Origin: Vulcanimicrobiota bacterium
Lineage (GTDB): Bacteria > Vulcanimicrobiota > Vulcanimicrobiia > Eremiobacterales > Eremiobacteraceae
DNA length: 64,000 bases
Direction: 5' to 3'
Assembly: GCA_963812135.1 (NCBI GenBank)
Contig: CAWETU010000001.1
Span: 64,001 to 128,000 of the forward strand
Below, piece by piece: positions 20,209 through 30,074 of this stretch (position 1 is its first letter; each line of letters begins with the position of its first letter). The position numbers were made by a program, and so were the translations under genes. The notes under the pieces are model-generated. The model ran no database searches, was not told where the DNA came from, and saw nothing but the letters and a program-made list of their open reading frames with translations.

Positions 20209-20667
20209 TTATTGCCTGGTTTTGAGCCGCTCGGCCGCCTCGCGCAAGTTGCGAGCGGCGATGTCAAACGCGTTGGCGACCCAATCCATCGTCACGCTCG
20301 CGGCTTGTTCGCCTTTCTCCGTCGCGGTCTTCGCGAATTCCTCAGCACGCTCGCTGAAGCGGCCGCTGCGGAATTGATCCGCGACGTAGTCGCCCGGCCA
20401 TTGCCACGTGCCGTTGCGATATGCGGTCGCAAGCGCGTTGGCGCACGCTTCGGGGGTGCCTAGCGTCTCGAGATGGGCGCGCACGGTGTCGGCATCGACG
20501 ACCGTCGTGCCGGCGGCTTGGGCCTTCGACCAGGATGCGCTGAGGATGTCGTGATACAGCCGGTCGGCGACAGCCATGCGCGTGCTCGGCGCAAGCGGCA
20601 GCGCGGCGCGCATGCGGTCGACGTAGTCATTGATAAGCGCGGTGGCTTCAGGTGCAACAGTCATCAT
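20209..20667 (-). CDS. Hypothetical protein with HAAS-like N-terminal domain
   Basis: 'INDYVDRMRAALPL....R..V...L..DI...LETLGTPE..A' pattern; GAAAGGA RBS before the ATG at 20667. Confidence 0.55.
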   Translation of the reverse strand: MMTVAPEATALINDYVDRMRAALPLAPSTRMAVADRLYHDILSASWSKAQAAGTTVVDADTVRAHLETLGTPEACANALATAYRNGTWQWPGDYVADQFRSGRFSERAEEFAKTATEKGEQAASVTMDWVANAFDIAARNLREAAERLKTRQ

Positions 20668-20719
20668 GTGGTTCCTTTCGCTCGGGTACTCCATCTACCA
20701 TCCGGGGTGCGGGAAGGTT

Positions 20720-21725
20720 TCAGAGCCGCGTCGTGAGCGACAACTCGACCCTGTTGCCCTGGAAATCGGGGATGTACGCCGCCCCGAGGTATTGGGCGAA
20801 ACTGCCCGACGCCGCGAGGGCGAGATTGTGATTCGTGTAGGTGAGCGCCGGCTGGAACTGCTGGCGGGTTTGCGTCTGGTAGCCGCCGACCAGGCTCGTC
20901 TGCGCCACGCCGGCATTGCCCGTCGCGGTCGCCTGGAAATGCTTGCCGAGCGGGAGCCGAATGATGGCTTGGAGCGCGCGCTCGTCTTCATGCTGATAAT
21001 TGTAGTAGCCCGCGAGCGCGAGGGGATAGATGAACGCATAGCCCGATTCGTTCACGAAACCGCCGAGCTCGACGTCGACAGCCGGGATGCCGAGGTCTTG
21101 CATCGCTCCGAAACCGACGAGCGAGTAGCGATTGCCGTCGCTGAAGTTGGTCACTCGTCCGCGGACATACGCCGACGTCGATTTGGAGGCCCAGCCCAGC
21201 TGGCCGACGAGATTGGACAGACGCTCGTTGACGCCGGCAGTGGTGATGAGATCGACCTGCGCGGATGGCGCGCCGTCGATGCCGGTCAGCGAGGCGATCG
21301 CCTCGTAGCGGAAGTGGCGCAGTGCCCCGAGCACGTCGAGCGAGCCATTGAATTGCTGCGAGGAATCGCCGAATTGCGAGTTGAGCGCGCGGACGCGCAC
21401 CTGGATCGCGTCCGGATCTCCGATGACCGCACTCGCGCCGATGCGGTCATCGCTGACAATTCCGCCAGGATCGGCCAGGACGTAGCGTTCGGCGATGAGG
21501 CCGTATTGCGAGGTGCTGTTGACATGCCAGCGCGCGTCGATCCCCGAGAGGTGCCACGTCTGGCCGTTGCCCCATCCGAATTGGTAGAAGACGACGCCAT
21601 CGGGAAAGCGGTCGTCGTGGGCGGCGGCGAGGACATCATCGCCGGGCGACGGACTTTGGTCGGCCCACGCCATCTCGTGCGCACAGCACGACGAGCAACG
21701 CGAGTGCGAGCGTGGCGAGGCTCAC
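20720..21725 (-). CDS. Putative exported/outer-membrane beta-barrel protein (signal peptide out of frame by one base near 21675)
   Basis: 317-aa ORF with amphipathic, aromatic-rich strands ending 'VELSLTTRL'; the adjacent frame upstream encodes 'VSLATLALALLVVLCA', joining 'MAWA|DQ'. Confidence 0.55.
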
Positions 21726-21833
21726 CGCAGACGTGCGGTGAAGAGACTGTTCCCCGGAAAGCCGTACGTAAGGACGCTCTGTCATTATACTGTTCGTTGC
21801 ACTTGGTTCTCAGGCGCGGAAGACGCGACGGCG

Positions 21834-22742
21834 ATGAGCGCGCCGGCGTCTCCGCTCAATGTCAACGTCGCCTGCTTGGCCTGCGACGGAAGCCGGCCCT
21901 GCGCGGAGTGCCGCGCCGCGGGTCGGACGCTCGCCGCGTCTGGCCACCGCGTCCATTATTCGTCGCGCTATGCGGCGCTGCGCGCCGCGGCCGATGGAAC
22001 CTACGGATTTCCGGCGTGCGTCGTACCGGTGCGCGCGCACGAACGCAGCATCTCGGATTCGATCATCTCGCTACTCGGCGATGCCCAGGTCGCGATCGCC
22101 GCGGAGGATCCGGCGGCGTTCGAGCGCCCGCTGCCGTCGAACGTGCTCGTGTTTCCGAGAAGCGATTATCTCGCCGGCACGCTCCCCAGCGGTTGGCCTC
22201 GCGATCCGGATCGCCACGCCGTTCGCGAACGCGTAAACGTAGCACCCGAGCGAAACGCAAATGTAGGACCCGAGCGCAGCTCGGGTGGTCGACCGAGCGC
22301 AGCGCGCTCGTCGGTCCCTCGCCACAAGGACGACGCAACGCGACGCTTGCGAGCGGTGGCGCAACCGCAACGCGCGCTTCTCACGGATGCTGCCGCGCTG
22401 CTCAACGATGAACTCGCCTGGTATCGGGCGAGCGGCGTCGGTTTCGCCGTGATGGCTTTCTCCGTCGCCGGCGAGGCGGCAGATACGACGGCGCAAACGT
22501 TGACTGCAGCCGCGCGTGCCGGCGATGCGATTCGCGTCACCGACTATGGATGTGTCGCGATCCTCACCGGCGCCGACGCCGCGATAGCAAAACGCATCGG
22601 TGCGCGCCTTTCCGCCTCGTTGCGCAAGCGCACCGGGGCGGCGCGCGCTAAAGTTTCAACGGGTGTCGCGCTGTGCCCCGACGACGGCGCCACCGCGAAC
22701 GCGCTGCTTGCAGCCGCCCACGAGCGACTCCGCGCCCGTTAG
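21834..22742 (+). CDS. Protein with N-terminal Cys cluster and C-terminal degenerate GGDEF-like domain
   Basis: 'CLACDGSRPCAEC'; the C-terminus 'R.GD....CVAILTGAD...A..I..RL...VSTGVALCPDDG.TA..LL.AA..RL' resembles the GGDEF fold without the GG(D/E)EF motif. Confidence 0.55.
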   Translation: MSAPASPLNVNVACLACDGSRPCAECRAAGRTLAASGHRVHYSSRYAALRAAADGTYGFPACVVPVRAHERSISDSIISLLGDAQVAIAAEDPAAFERPLPSNVLVFPRSDYLAGTLPSGWPRDPDRHAVRERVNVAPERNANVGPERSSGGRPSAARSSVPRHKDDATRRLRAVAQPQRALLTDAAALLNDELAWYRASGVGFAVMAFSVAGEAADTTAQTLTAAARAGDAIRVTDYGCVAILTGADAAIAKRIGARLSASLRKRTGAARAKVSTGVALCPDDGATANALLAAAHERLRAR

Positions 22743-22743
22743 A

Positions 22744-24289
22744 TCAACGTACGGTCGGATCGATCGCCGTTGGTTCAGGCGCATCCGCCTGCTGCACGCG
22801 TAGCAGGCTATGACGATAGCCGTAGATCGCGTAGATAACTATTCCGACGGCGAACCATAGGACGAATCGCCACCATGTTGACGGGGGCAGTGCACTGCAT
22901 CATCCAAATGCACGCGACTACACCCAGTCCGGCGGTGATAAGTCCGAGCGGAGCTTTGAACGGACGATGTGCATGCGGTGCGACAAAGCGGAGAATGAAG
23001 ACGCCGGCGCAGACGATCACGAAAGCTGACAGCGTACCTATGTTGACGAGTTTTAGAAGTGCGTCTATTGGAACAATCAGTGCCAATATTGCGACCACTA
23101 CACCGGTGATCATCGTCATACGGGCGGGCGTGCGGAAACGGGGATGGATTTTCGCTACCCCCGGCGGCAGCATCCGATCACGCGCCATGACGTAAAAAAT
23201 CCGAACCTGTCCAAGCAGCGACGTCAGCATCACACTGATGTTGCCAACGATTCCTCCCCACGTCACGACGCCGATGAACAGCTTGTTACTCGGATGCGCC
23301 AACGCGGCGGCCTGGCCGAGTGCGGCATTGGAGTCCATGTGCTGCCATGGAACGACGCCGACGGTGATGATTGCGAGAGTCATATAGAGGAGGCCGCCGA
23401 TAATGAGCGAGCCGATGATGCCGATCGGAAGATCACGCTGTGGATTATTAGATTCCTCCGCAGCCACAGTTACTGTGTCGAAGCCGATATAAGCAAAAAA
23501 CACGAGCGCCGCACTTGCGGGGATGCTACTAAACCCCATGGGCAGCAGCGGCGTGAAGTTCTCCGATCGTACGGCGCCTACGCAGCCGATGATAAAGACG
23601 ATAAACGCAAGAATTTGCAGCAAGACAAAGGCGGTATTGGTGAATGCGGACTCGCGAATTCCAATGGCCAGGAGACCACTCACCAAGAGAACCACGACGG
23701 CCGCCATGATGTCATATTGTGAAGTGAGGAGATTGACCGAAGTGATCCAGTTGAACTGGATCGGACCCCAATGAATGGGCATCGTCGTGGCGTCGAGGTG
23801 CGCCGTTTGAGCCCATGCGGGAATCGAAACTCCGAAAATGTGCAAGAAGTCCTTCGCGTAGCCGGAAAGCGACGAAGCCACTGGCGCGGCGCTGATGCCA
23901 TATTCGAGAATCAGATCCCATCCGATTACCCATGCTACGAATTCGCCCAACGTGGCGTACGCGTAGGTGTACGCGCTGCCCGCGACAGGTACCATCGAGG
24001 CAAACTCGGCGTAACAAAGCGCAACAAAAATGCAAGAAACACCAGAAAGCAGGAAACCAAGCACGACGCCTGGCCCTGCAACCTGCGCCCCAACTCCCAT
24101 CGAGGTGAACACACCACCGAGCATCGTTCCGAGACCGATTGCGACGAGAGAAGGCCAACCAAGCACGCGCCGAAGCGTAGGTCCTTCTGTCTCCGGGCGG
24201 ACACGCGAAAGCGGCTGAACCGCTGTCAGCCGCTTGAGGACCGCGTATAAGTCTACTTTCAACCCAGCACTATCGGTATTTGACGACAA
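22744..24289 (-). CDS. APC family amino acid/amine permease (apparent +1 indel near 22893)
   Basis: 'CYAEFASMVPVAGSAYTYAY', 'FFAYIGFD', 'EES.NPQRDLP.GI'; the corrected C-terminus 'LPPSTWWRFVLWFAVGIVIYAIYGYRHS' ends at 22744. Confidence 0.88.
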
Positions 24290-25709
24290 GCGTCTTGAGA
24301 TCGGTCATCTCCTCCATGGCATAGCGGACGCCCTCGCGCCCGAAACCGCTGTCTTTGACGCCGCCGTAGGCGAAGTTGTCGACGCGCAGCGTCGGATAAT
24401 CGCCCACGATCACGCCGCCGACCTGTAGCTCTTCGAACGCCTTCGCGACGATGCGGACGTCGAACGTGAACACGCCAGCTTGCAGGCCGTAGCGGGTCTC
24501 GTTGACGCGCGCGAACGCTTCGTCGATCGAATCGACCGGCGTCAGCGTCGCGACTGGGCCGAACACCTCTTCGCTTTCGACCTTCATGGCGGGCTTCGTG
24601 CCGGTGAGGATCGTGGGTTCGATGATGTTGCCGCGACGAACGCCGCCCGCGACGACGGTCGCGCCTTCTTTCACCGCTTCGCCAATCCACGACTCGATCC
24701 GGTCGGCGTTGGCGGTGTCGATCAGCGGCCCGACGACGGTCGTTCCTTGCGCGGGATCGCCGACGCCGAGCGCTTTGGTCTCCTTGCGATACAATTCCGC
24801 GAAGCGATCGTACACGTCGCGCTCGACGAGGATGCGCTGCACCTTGATGCAGACCTGACCGGACTGCGCGAACGAACCCAGCGCGCAGCGTTTGGCGGCC
24901 CACTCGAGATCGGCGTCCTTGGCGACGACAGCTGCCGCGTTGCCGCCGAGCTCGAGCACGACTTTTTTCTTGCCCGCGATGCTCTTGAGATGCCAGCCGG
25001 CCCGCGCAGACCCGGTGAAGGACAGCATCGCGATCCGCTCGTCTGTCGCAAGCCGCTCGGCAACGGGGATCGGCGCGTGCACGACCGAGAGCGCGTCCGG
25101 CGGCAGACCTGCATCGTAACACGCGTCGGCCAGCATCAGCGCCGACAGCGGCGCTTGCGGCGGCGGCTTGAGGACGACCGTATTGCCGACGGCGAACGCC
25201 GGAGCCAGCTTGTGGGCGACCAGATTGAGCGGGAAGTTGAACGGGGCGATAGCCGCCACGACGCCGATCGGGAAGCGCTGCACGATCGACGTGTAGCCGA
25301 CGGTGCCCGCTGACAGGTCCAGCGGCAGCACCTCGCCGCCGGTGCGCGTCGATTCTTCCGCTGCGAGCGTGAACGTGGTGATCGCGCGATCGACCTCGAC
25401 GCCGCTGTAGGTTCGCGGCTTGCCCGATTCGGCGATCATCAGATCGATGAACGCATCGCGCCGTTCGCGCAATCGCGACGCTACGCCCAGCAACAGCTCT
25501 TTGCGTTTGTAGCGCGGCCAGCTCCTGAACCCGGCGAACGCTCGCACGGCGGCGGCAATCGCGTCGTCGAGATCCTTCGCGGTCGCGACGCCGATCGTCG
25601 CCACTGTTGACCCGTCGTATGGGTTGACGACCGGCTCGGCGCTGTCGGTTGGCCGTCGTTCGCCCGCGATCGGCAGCGGATAGTGCTTGACGCCCGTCGT
25701 GGTCGCCAT
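24270..25709 (-). CDS. NAD(P)-dependent aldehyde dehydrogenase (possible succinate-semialdehyde dehydrogenase role)
   Basis: 'PFNFPLNL..HK', 'SFTGS', 'LELGGN', 'GQVC', 'EEVFGP'; substrate inferred from context only. Confidence 0.88.
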   Translation of the reverse strand: MATTTGVKHYPLPIAGERRPTDSAEPVVNPYDGSTVATIGVATAKDLDDAIAAAVRAFAGFRSWPRYKRKELLLGVASRLRERRDAFIDLMIAESGKPRTYSGVEVDRAITTFTLAAEESTRTGGEVLPLDLSAGTVGYTSIVQRFPIGVVAAIAPFNFPLNLVAHKLAPAFAVGNTVVLKPPPQAPLSALMLADACYDAGLPPDALSVVHAPIPVAERLATDERIAMLSFTGSARAGWHLKSIAGKKKVVLELGGNAAAVVAKDADLEWAAKRCALGSFAQSGQVCIKVQRILVERDVYDRFAELYRKETKALGVGDPAQGTTVVGPLIDTANADRIESWIGEAVKEGATVVAGGVRRGNIIEPTILTGTKPAMKVESEEVFGPVATLTPVDSIDEAFARVNETRYGLQAGVFTFDVRIVAKAFEELQVGGVIVGDYPTLRVDNFAYGGVKDSGFGREGVRYAMEEMTDLKTLVVKYR

Positions 25710-25717
25710 CTGCGTCC

Positions 25718-27238
25718 TTACTTGTCCGCGAACCAGCCGCTCGGCTCGACCGCGAGATTGACGTTGATCTGCTTCACTTCGGTATACGCATCATACCCAT
25801 ACGTGCCGAGCTCGCGTCCGATGCCCGATTGCTTGTAGCCGCCCCATGGCGCTTCATTATATGTAGGATGATACGTGTTGATCCAGGTGATGCCGGCGCG
25901 CAGCTTTCGGATGACGCGATGCGCCTTGGCGATATCGTTGGTGAACACGGCGCCGGCCAAACCGTACACCGTATCGTTGGCGAGCTTGACCGCTTCGGCT
26001 TCATCCTTGAAACGCTGCACCACGAGCACCGGTCCGAAGATCTCTTCCTGAACGATGCGCATGTCCGGCCGGGTGTTCGTGAAGATCGTCGGCTCGACGT
26101 AGTTCCCTTTCGTGCCCAGCTCGCCGGGCGGGCGCTTGCCGCCGGTCGCCAACGTCGCGCCTTCCTCAACGCCCGTCTTGATGTAGGCTTCGACTTTCTC
26201 TTGATGCGCGCGGCTGATGAGCGGCCCCATTTCGGTCTTCTCATCGAAGCCGTCGCCGACGGCGATCTTGCGCGCGCGCTCGACCAAACGCTGCACGAAC
26301 TTGTCGTGGATCGAGTCTTGCACGAGCAACCGAGAACCGGCCGAACAGACTTGCCCCGCGTTCGCGAAGATGCCGAACAGCGCATAATCCACTGCTGTGT
26401 CGAAATCCGCGTCCGCGAACACGATGTTCGGGGACTTGCCGCCTAGTTCGAGCGAGATCTTCTTGAGATTGCCGGTGGCGGCTTGCATGATCGAGCGGCC
26501 CGTCTTGGTGCCACCGGTGAACGCGACTTTGTCGACGTCCGAGCTCTCGGCGATCGCAGCGCCGACGATCGGACCCGCGCCGAGCACGATGTTCACGACG
26601 CCTTTGGGGAATCCGAGCTCGTCGATGAACGTGGCCAGCCGCAATACGGTGAGCGGCGTCAGCTCGGACGGCTTGAGAACGCAGGTGTTGCCCGCGGCAA
26701 GCGCGGGAGCCAACTTCCAAGCGGACATCAACAGCGGATAGTTCCAGGGGATGATCTGTCCGCACACGCCGATCGGCTCGCGCACGACCATCGTCTGCGA
26801 CGCGGCCGGCACGTCGAACGTCTGACCCTGGGGTTTGGTGGCAAGGCCAGCATAGTAACGAAAACAATTGGCGGCGTCGACGACGTCGTACATCGTCTCG
26901 CGCAACGGTTTACCGTTGTTGAGCGTCTCCATTCGCGACAGCTCCGTCGCGTGCTCGTCGAGCTTGTCGGCGAGCTTGAACAGCAGCTTCGCGCGGTCTT
27001 GCGCGCCCGTGTCGCGCCACGGGCCATTGTCGAATGCTTCTCGCGCAGCGGCGATCGCCGCCTGCGCGTCTTTCTTCGACCCCTCGGCGACTTTCGCGAC
27101 GACCTCTCCGTTGCCCGGATTGACGAGCTCGCGCACGCCGCCTTCAGATGCCGGAACGAATTTTCCGTTGATGTACATCAGATAGACGCCGTCTGCCGTC
27201 TTGAGGTTCTTGAGCAGGTCCTCGGACACCGCGAGCAT
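25718..27238 (-). CDS. Aldehyde dehydrogenase, betaine-/aminoaldehyde dehydrogenase-like
   Basis: 'PWNYPLLM', 'FTGG', 'LELGGKSP', 'AGQVCSAGSR', 'APWGGYKQSG.GRELG'; directly downstream of patA. Confidence 0.88.
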   Translation of the reverse strand: MLAVSEDLLKNLKTADGVYLMYINGKFVPASEGGVRELVNPGNGEVVAKVAEGSKKDAQAAIAAAREAFDNGPWRDTGAQDRAKLLFKLADKLDEHATELSRMETLNNGKPLRETMYDVVDAANCFRYYAGLATKPQGQTFDVPAASQTMVVREPIGVCGQIIPWNYPLLMSAWKLAPALAAGNTCVLKPSELTPLTVLRLATFIDELGFPKGVVNIVLGAGPIVGAAIAESSDVDKVAFTGGTKTGRSIMQAATGNLKKISLELGGKSPNIVFADADFDTAVDYALFGIFANAGQVCSAGSRLLVQDSIHDKFVQRLVERARKIAVGDGFDEKTEMGPLISRAHQEKVEAYIKTGVEEGATLATGGKRPPGELGTKGNYVEPTIFTNTRPDMRIVQEEIFGPVLVVQRFKDEAEAVKLANDTVYGLAGAVFTNDIAKAHRVIRKLRAGITWINTYHPTYNEAPWGGYKQSGIGRELGTYGYDAYTEVKQINVNLAVEPSGWFADK

Positions 27239-27253
27239 GTTCTTACCTTTCCT

Positions 27254-28669
27254 TTATGCGGGCACCGCAGCGCGACTCACCGCGTCGAGCGATTCTTCCA
27301 GCGCCTTGCAGACGTAGTCCGCCTGCTCCTCGGTGATCGTCAGCGGCGGTTCGACGCGCACCACGAGCGCGTTCACCAGCGTGCCGGCCACGAGCACGCC
27401 GCGAGCGAGCATCTCCTTGCCGAACGCGAAACCGAGCTCGTTGCTCGCGAACTCCAGCGCCATCAGTAGTCCTCGGCCGCGGATGTCGAGGACGATATCG
27501 CGGTGTCGTTGCGCTCCCCGCATCATCCCCCCGAGCATCCGTTGGCCCATGCGCGCGGCCCGTTCGGGCAGCTTGTCTTCGATCAGCACGTTGATGGTCG
27601 CCAGCGCCGCAGCGCAAGCCAGCGGATTTCCGCCAAACGTCGTCGTGTGCAGGAACGGGTTGTTGAACAGGCGCGAGAACACGGCCTTCGTGCCGATGAC
27701 CGCGCCCGCCGGAATCACTCCGCCGCCGAACGCCTTGGCCAAACACATCAGATCAGGCGCCACGCCGTACTGCTCGCAGCAGAACATCGTGCCCGTGCGT
27801 CCCATGCCGGTCTGGACTTCATCCAGGATCAGCAGCGCGCCGTACTCGTCGCACAGGGCGCGGACACCCGGCAGGTACTCGTCGTCCGGGATGTTCACGC
27901 CGCCTTCGCCTTGGATCGGCTCGAGGATGACCGCGCCGACTTCTTCGCCCACCATCTTGAGCGTGTGCATGCGCCGGCGCAACTCGACCAAGTCGTTGAA
28001 CGGCACGTGCTCGATGTTCGGCAGCATCGCGCCGAACGGCCGGCGGAACTCGCCCTTCGCGCTCGCCGACAGCGCGCCGTAGCTTTTGCCGTGGAAGCCT
28101 TTCGTGGCGCCGATGATCGTCTGCTTGGTCGGGTCGTACGCGCGCGCGAGTTTGAGCGCCGCCTCGATCGCTTCGGTGCCGCTGTTGCAGAAGAACGCGT
28201 ATTCAAGATCGCCAGGCGTGAGCAGCGCGAGCGTCTTCGCGAGCATCGCGCGTAGCGGGTCGAGCAGATCCTGGCTGTGCAGCGGCTGGCGGCGCAATTG
28301 ATCGCGGACCGCTTTGACCACTCTCGGATTGCTGTGACCGACGTTGAAGATCCCGAAGCCACCAAGACAATCGATGTACTCCTTGCCGTTGACGTCGCGA
28401 TAGGCGTTTAGCCCCGCGTCCGACCACTCGACTGCCGCGACCGCATGCTCGACCGTCGTCGCTTTGCGGTACTCGAGAAAACCAGGATTGACGTGATCGC
28501 GGAATCCGTCGACCGTTTCTTTGGTGATCCAGGCGGCATCCGCCGCGGTGATCTCGTCCTTCTCGATCAGCTCCAAGACTTTTTTCGCATAGGCATTGGC
28601 CTGCGCGAGGTTTTGCTTTGCGATTTTAACGTACTCCTTCGGCCGAATAAATTCGGCCGCTACATTCAT
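27254..28669 (-). CDS. patA: Putrescine aminotransferase
   Basis: Closely resembles E. coli PatA/YgjG segments: 'HVNPGFLEYRK', 'IDCLGGFGIFNVGH', 'QPLHSQ.LLDPLRAMLAKTLA.LTPG', 'FCNSGTE'; start overlaps the gabT stop. Confidence 0.9.
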   Translation of the reverse strand: MNVAAEFIRPKEYVKIAKQNLAQANAYAKKVLELIEKDEITAADAAWITKETVDGFRDHVNPGFLEYRKATTVEHAVAAVEWSDAGLNAYRDVNGKEYIDCLGGFGIFNVGHSNPRVVKAVRDQLRRQPLHSQDLLDPLRAMLAKTLALLTPGDLEYAFFCNSGTEAIEAALKLARAYDPTKQTIIGATKGFHGKSYGALSASAKGEFRRPFGAMLPNIEHVPFNDLVELRRRMHTLKMVGEEVGAVILEPIQGEGGVNIPDDEYLPGVRALCDEYGALLILDEVQTGMGRTGTMFCCEQYGVAPDLMCLAKAFGGGVIPAGAVIGTKAVFSRLFNNPFLHTTTFGGNPLACAAALATINVLIEDKLPERAARMGQRMLGGMMRGAQRHRDIVLDIRGRGLLMALEFASNELGFAFGKEMLARGVLVAGTLVNALVVRVEPPLTITEEQADYVCKALEESLDAVSRAAVPA

Positions 28670-29949
28670 GATAGAACTGTGTCGCACGATGCCGCAAGCC
28701 GTTTGAGTCCTTCTGCGAGATCCGCGTCGCTGATCACCAACGGCACGAGCACGCGGATCACGCAGCCGCGCGATCCGGCGGTCAGCAAGAGCAGCCCGTG
28801 TTCGCGCGCGTCGGCGATGATGCGCTTGCTGACGGGCTCTTCGCCCGGCTTCGTGACGAACTCCATCGCGTGCATCGCGCCGCGGCCGCGCACGTCGCCG
28901 ATGTGTTTCGGATAACGGCGCTTCAGCTCGAGCATCGCGGTCCGCACCGCCTCCCCGATCACGGCAGCGCGCTCGACGAGCCGTTGCTCCTCGAACACGT
29001 CGAGCACGGCGAGCGCCGCCGCACACGCAAGCGGATTGCCCGCGTACGTGCCTCCCAGGCCACCCGGCGCCGGCGCGTCCATGATCTCTGCTTTGCCGAT
29101 CACCGCGGCGAGGGGTAAGCCCGCCGCCATGCTCTTGGCGACGCACAATAGGTCGGCTTCGATGCCGGCATGCTCGATGTCGAACATCTTCCCGGTGCGC
29201 CCGTAACCCGTTTGGATCTCGTCGCAGATCAACACGATGCCGTGTCGCGTCGCGACCTCGCGCAGCGCCCGTAAGAATTCGACGGGCGCGGGGACGAAGC
29301 CGCCCTCGCCGAGGATCGGTTCGATGATGATCGCCGCGACGCGGTCGGGCGCGACGTCGGATTCAAACACGTCGTCGAGCGCCGCCAAACTGCGCTGAAC
29401 GGTCCAGCCCTCGTATTCGTTGGGAAACGGTGTGTGATAGATCTCGCTGCAGAACGGTCCGAAGTGCTGTTTGTACGGCTCGTTCTTGCCCGTCATGGTG
29501 AGCGCGAGCAACGTGCGCCCGTGATAGCCGTGTTGAAAGGCGATGACCGCCGGGCGGCCGGTGAACTCGCGCGCGATCTTGACCGCGTTCTCCGTGGCCT
29601 CCGCGCCGGTGCTCAACAAAAGCGTTTTCTTGCGGCTCGAGCCGGGTGCCAAACGGTTCAGGCGACTCGCGAGTTCGACGTACGAATCGTACATGGCGAC
29701 TTGAAAGCACACGTGCGTGAAGCGTTCGAGCTGGTCGCGGATAGCAGCGGCCACACGCGGATTCGTGTGCCCGACGTTGAGCACGCCGATGCCGCCGATG
29801 AAATCGATGTATTGCTTGCCGTCAACATCCCACACCGTCGCACCGGAGGCGCGCTCGACGAACATGGGGTGCGCATTGCCGACGCCGCGAGTCACCTCGG
29901 CGGCCCGCTGATCGAGAAGCGCGGCGGTGCGCGACGTTGCTATCGCCAC
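28666..29949 (-). CDS. gabT: 4-aminobutyrate--2-oxoglutarate transaminase
   Basis: 'HVCFQV..Y..YV', 'TGAEATENAVKIAR', 'YHGRT', 'GEGGF', 'DEIQTG', 'PGGLGGTYAGNP'. Confidence 0.9.
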   Translation of the reverse strand: MAIATSRTAALLDQRAAEVTRGVGNAHPMFVERASGATVWDVDGKQYIDFIGGIGVLNVGHTNPRVAAAIRDQLERFTHVCFQVAMYDSYVELASRLNRLAPGSSRKKTLLLSTGAEATENAVKIAREFTGRPAVIAFQHGYHGRTLLALTMTGKNEPYKQHFGPFCSEIYHTPFPNEYEGWTVQRSLAALDDVFESDVAPDRVAAIIIEPILGEGGFVPAPVEFLRALREVATRHGIVLICDEIQTGYGRTGKMFDIEHAGIEADLLCVAKSMAAGLPLAAVIGKAEIMDAPAPGGLGGTYAGNPLACAAALAVLDVFEEQRLVERAAVIGEAVRTAMLELKRRYPKHIGDVRGRGAMHAMEFVTKPGEEPVSKRIIADAREHGLLLLTAGSRGCVIRVLVPLVISDADLAEGLKRLAASCDTVLS

Positions 29950-29997
29950 CTTGAGGCCGTCCTTTCATTGTCCCGTGATATGGGCTGCGTACCTTGT

Positions 29998-30074
29998 AGT
30001 GTATCAATCTCGGCCTGCCGAAGCCACGTGCGCAAAGCACAAAATACAGGCCTGACTTCGTATCGGTGGCACAT
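29998..30074 (-). promoter_or_regulatory. Putative gabT-operon promoter: two 17-bp PucR-type boxes (30058-30074, 30026-30042) and a -10 TACACT (30003-29998)
   Basis: Minus strand reads TTGTGCtttgcGCACGT, 22 nt, TACACT; a second box lies 32 bp upstream. Same geometry as the promoter at 31652-31728. Confidence 0.65.

Noticed and set aside
28670..29146. 158-aa N-terminal extension of PatA in the ORF track
   Set aside because: It overlaps gabT in another frame; the ATG at 28669 couples to the gabT stop and matches PatA length.
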